Positions 63,901-64,000 of a DNA stretch of 64,000 nucleotides are shown here, one piece after another. Position numbers and translations under genes: made by a program. The notes beneath the pieces were generated by a model. The model was not told the DNA's origin, ran no database searches, and worked only from the letters and a program-made list of their open reading frames with translations. The stretch is taken from the NCBI GenBank assembly GCA_964016885.1, contig OZ024741.1, positions 255,688,001-255,752,000 on the forward strand, given 5' to 3'. The stretch is from Eledone cirrhosa (lineage: Eukaryota). Positions within the stretch are counted from its first letter, which is position 1, and each line of letters opens with the position of its first letter.

Positions 63901-64000
63901 ACTTACGAGTGTTTCGGCTTACGAGTGTTTTGACTTAAGGGTGTTTCGACTTACGAGTGTTTCGATACGAGTGTTTCGACTTACGAGTGTTTCGGCTTAC

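Larger units (their letters stand above)
1..64000. repeat. 16-bp satellite array, consensus TTACGAGTGTTTCGAC, ~3,900 head-to-tail copies, running off both window ends
   Basis: The monomer is visible on every line in one orientation. The ORF track repeats the 16-aa unit LRVFRLTSVSTYECFD (3 monomers = 48 bp). The copy number is estimated as (64000 - 24x69)/16. Confidence 0.99.

Noticed and set aside
1-64000. Telomerase-made telomeric repeat or G-quadruplex array
   Set aside because: There are no G-runs in the consensus. Variants are inherited in multi-kb duplicated blocks, which points to recombination rather than templated addition. A recombination-maintained terminal satellite cannot be excluded without chromosome position.
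1-64000. Designed or information-encoding DNA (synthetic construct, variant code)
   Set aside because: The variant patterns are explained by nested duplication, slippage and conversion. There is no vector, adapter or designed-junction sequence.
1-64000. tRNA, rRNA, spliced-leader or other structured RNA genes; strand inversions
   Set aside because: No recognisable RNA gene motifs in the monomer or insert, and no reverse-orientation monomers (GAAACACTCGTAAGTC) were seen on the + strand.

Overview
The whole 64-kb window is one unidirectional satellite array of about 3,900 copies of a 16-bp monomer (consensus TTACGAGTGTTTCGAC). Recurrent variants include TTTTGAC, TTCGGC, TTCTGAC, TTCCGAC, TACGGG, TATGAG and TACGAAT, plus 14/15/17-bp indel monomers. 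I see no credible genes: every ORF in the track is a translation of the repeat. The array is interrupted 24 times by the same 69-bp AT-rich element (about 25% GC), always in the same orientation and inside the same cassette of variant monomers. Twenty-two copies look identical and two carry a variant that forms a perfect 17-bp palindrome. Variant monomers and inserts act as barcodes that reveal nested higher-order repeats: 144 bp, ~0.5 kb, ~0.8 kb, 1,342 bp, ~3.0 kb, 3,186 bp, ~4.7 kb, 12,865 bp and ~21.2 kb. Several crossover junctions can be mapped, and one short gene-conversion-like tract is visible. The architecture suggests eukaryotic heterochromatin (centromeric, pericentromeric or subtelomeric), but organism and function cannot be determined from sequence alone. 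All comparisons were made by eye and from ORF-track offsets, not by computed alignment.
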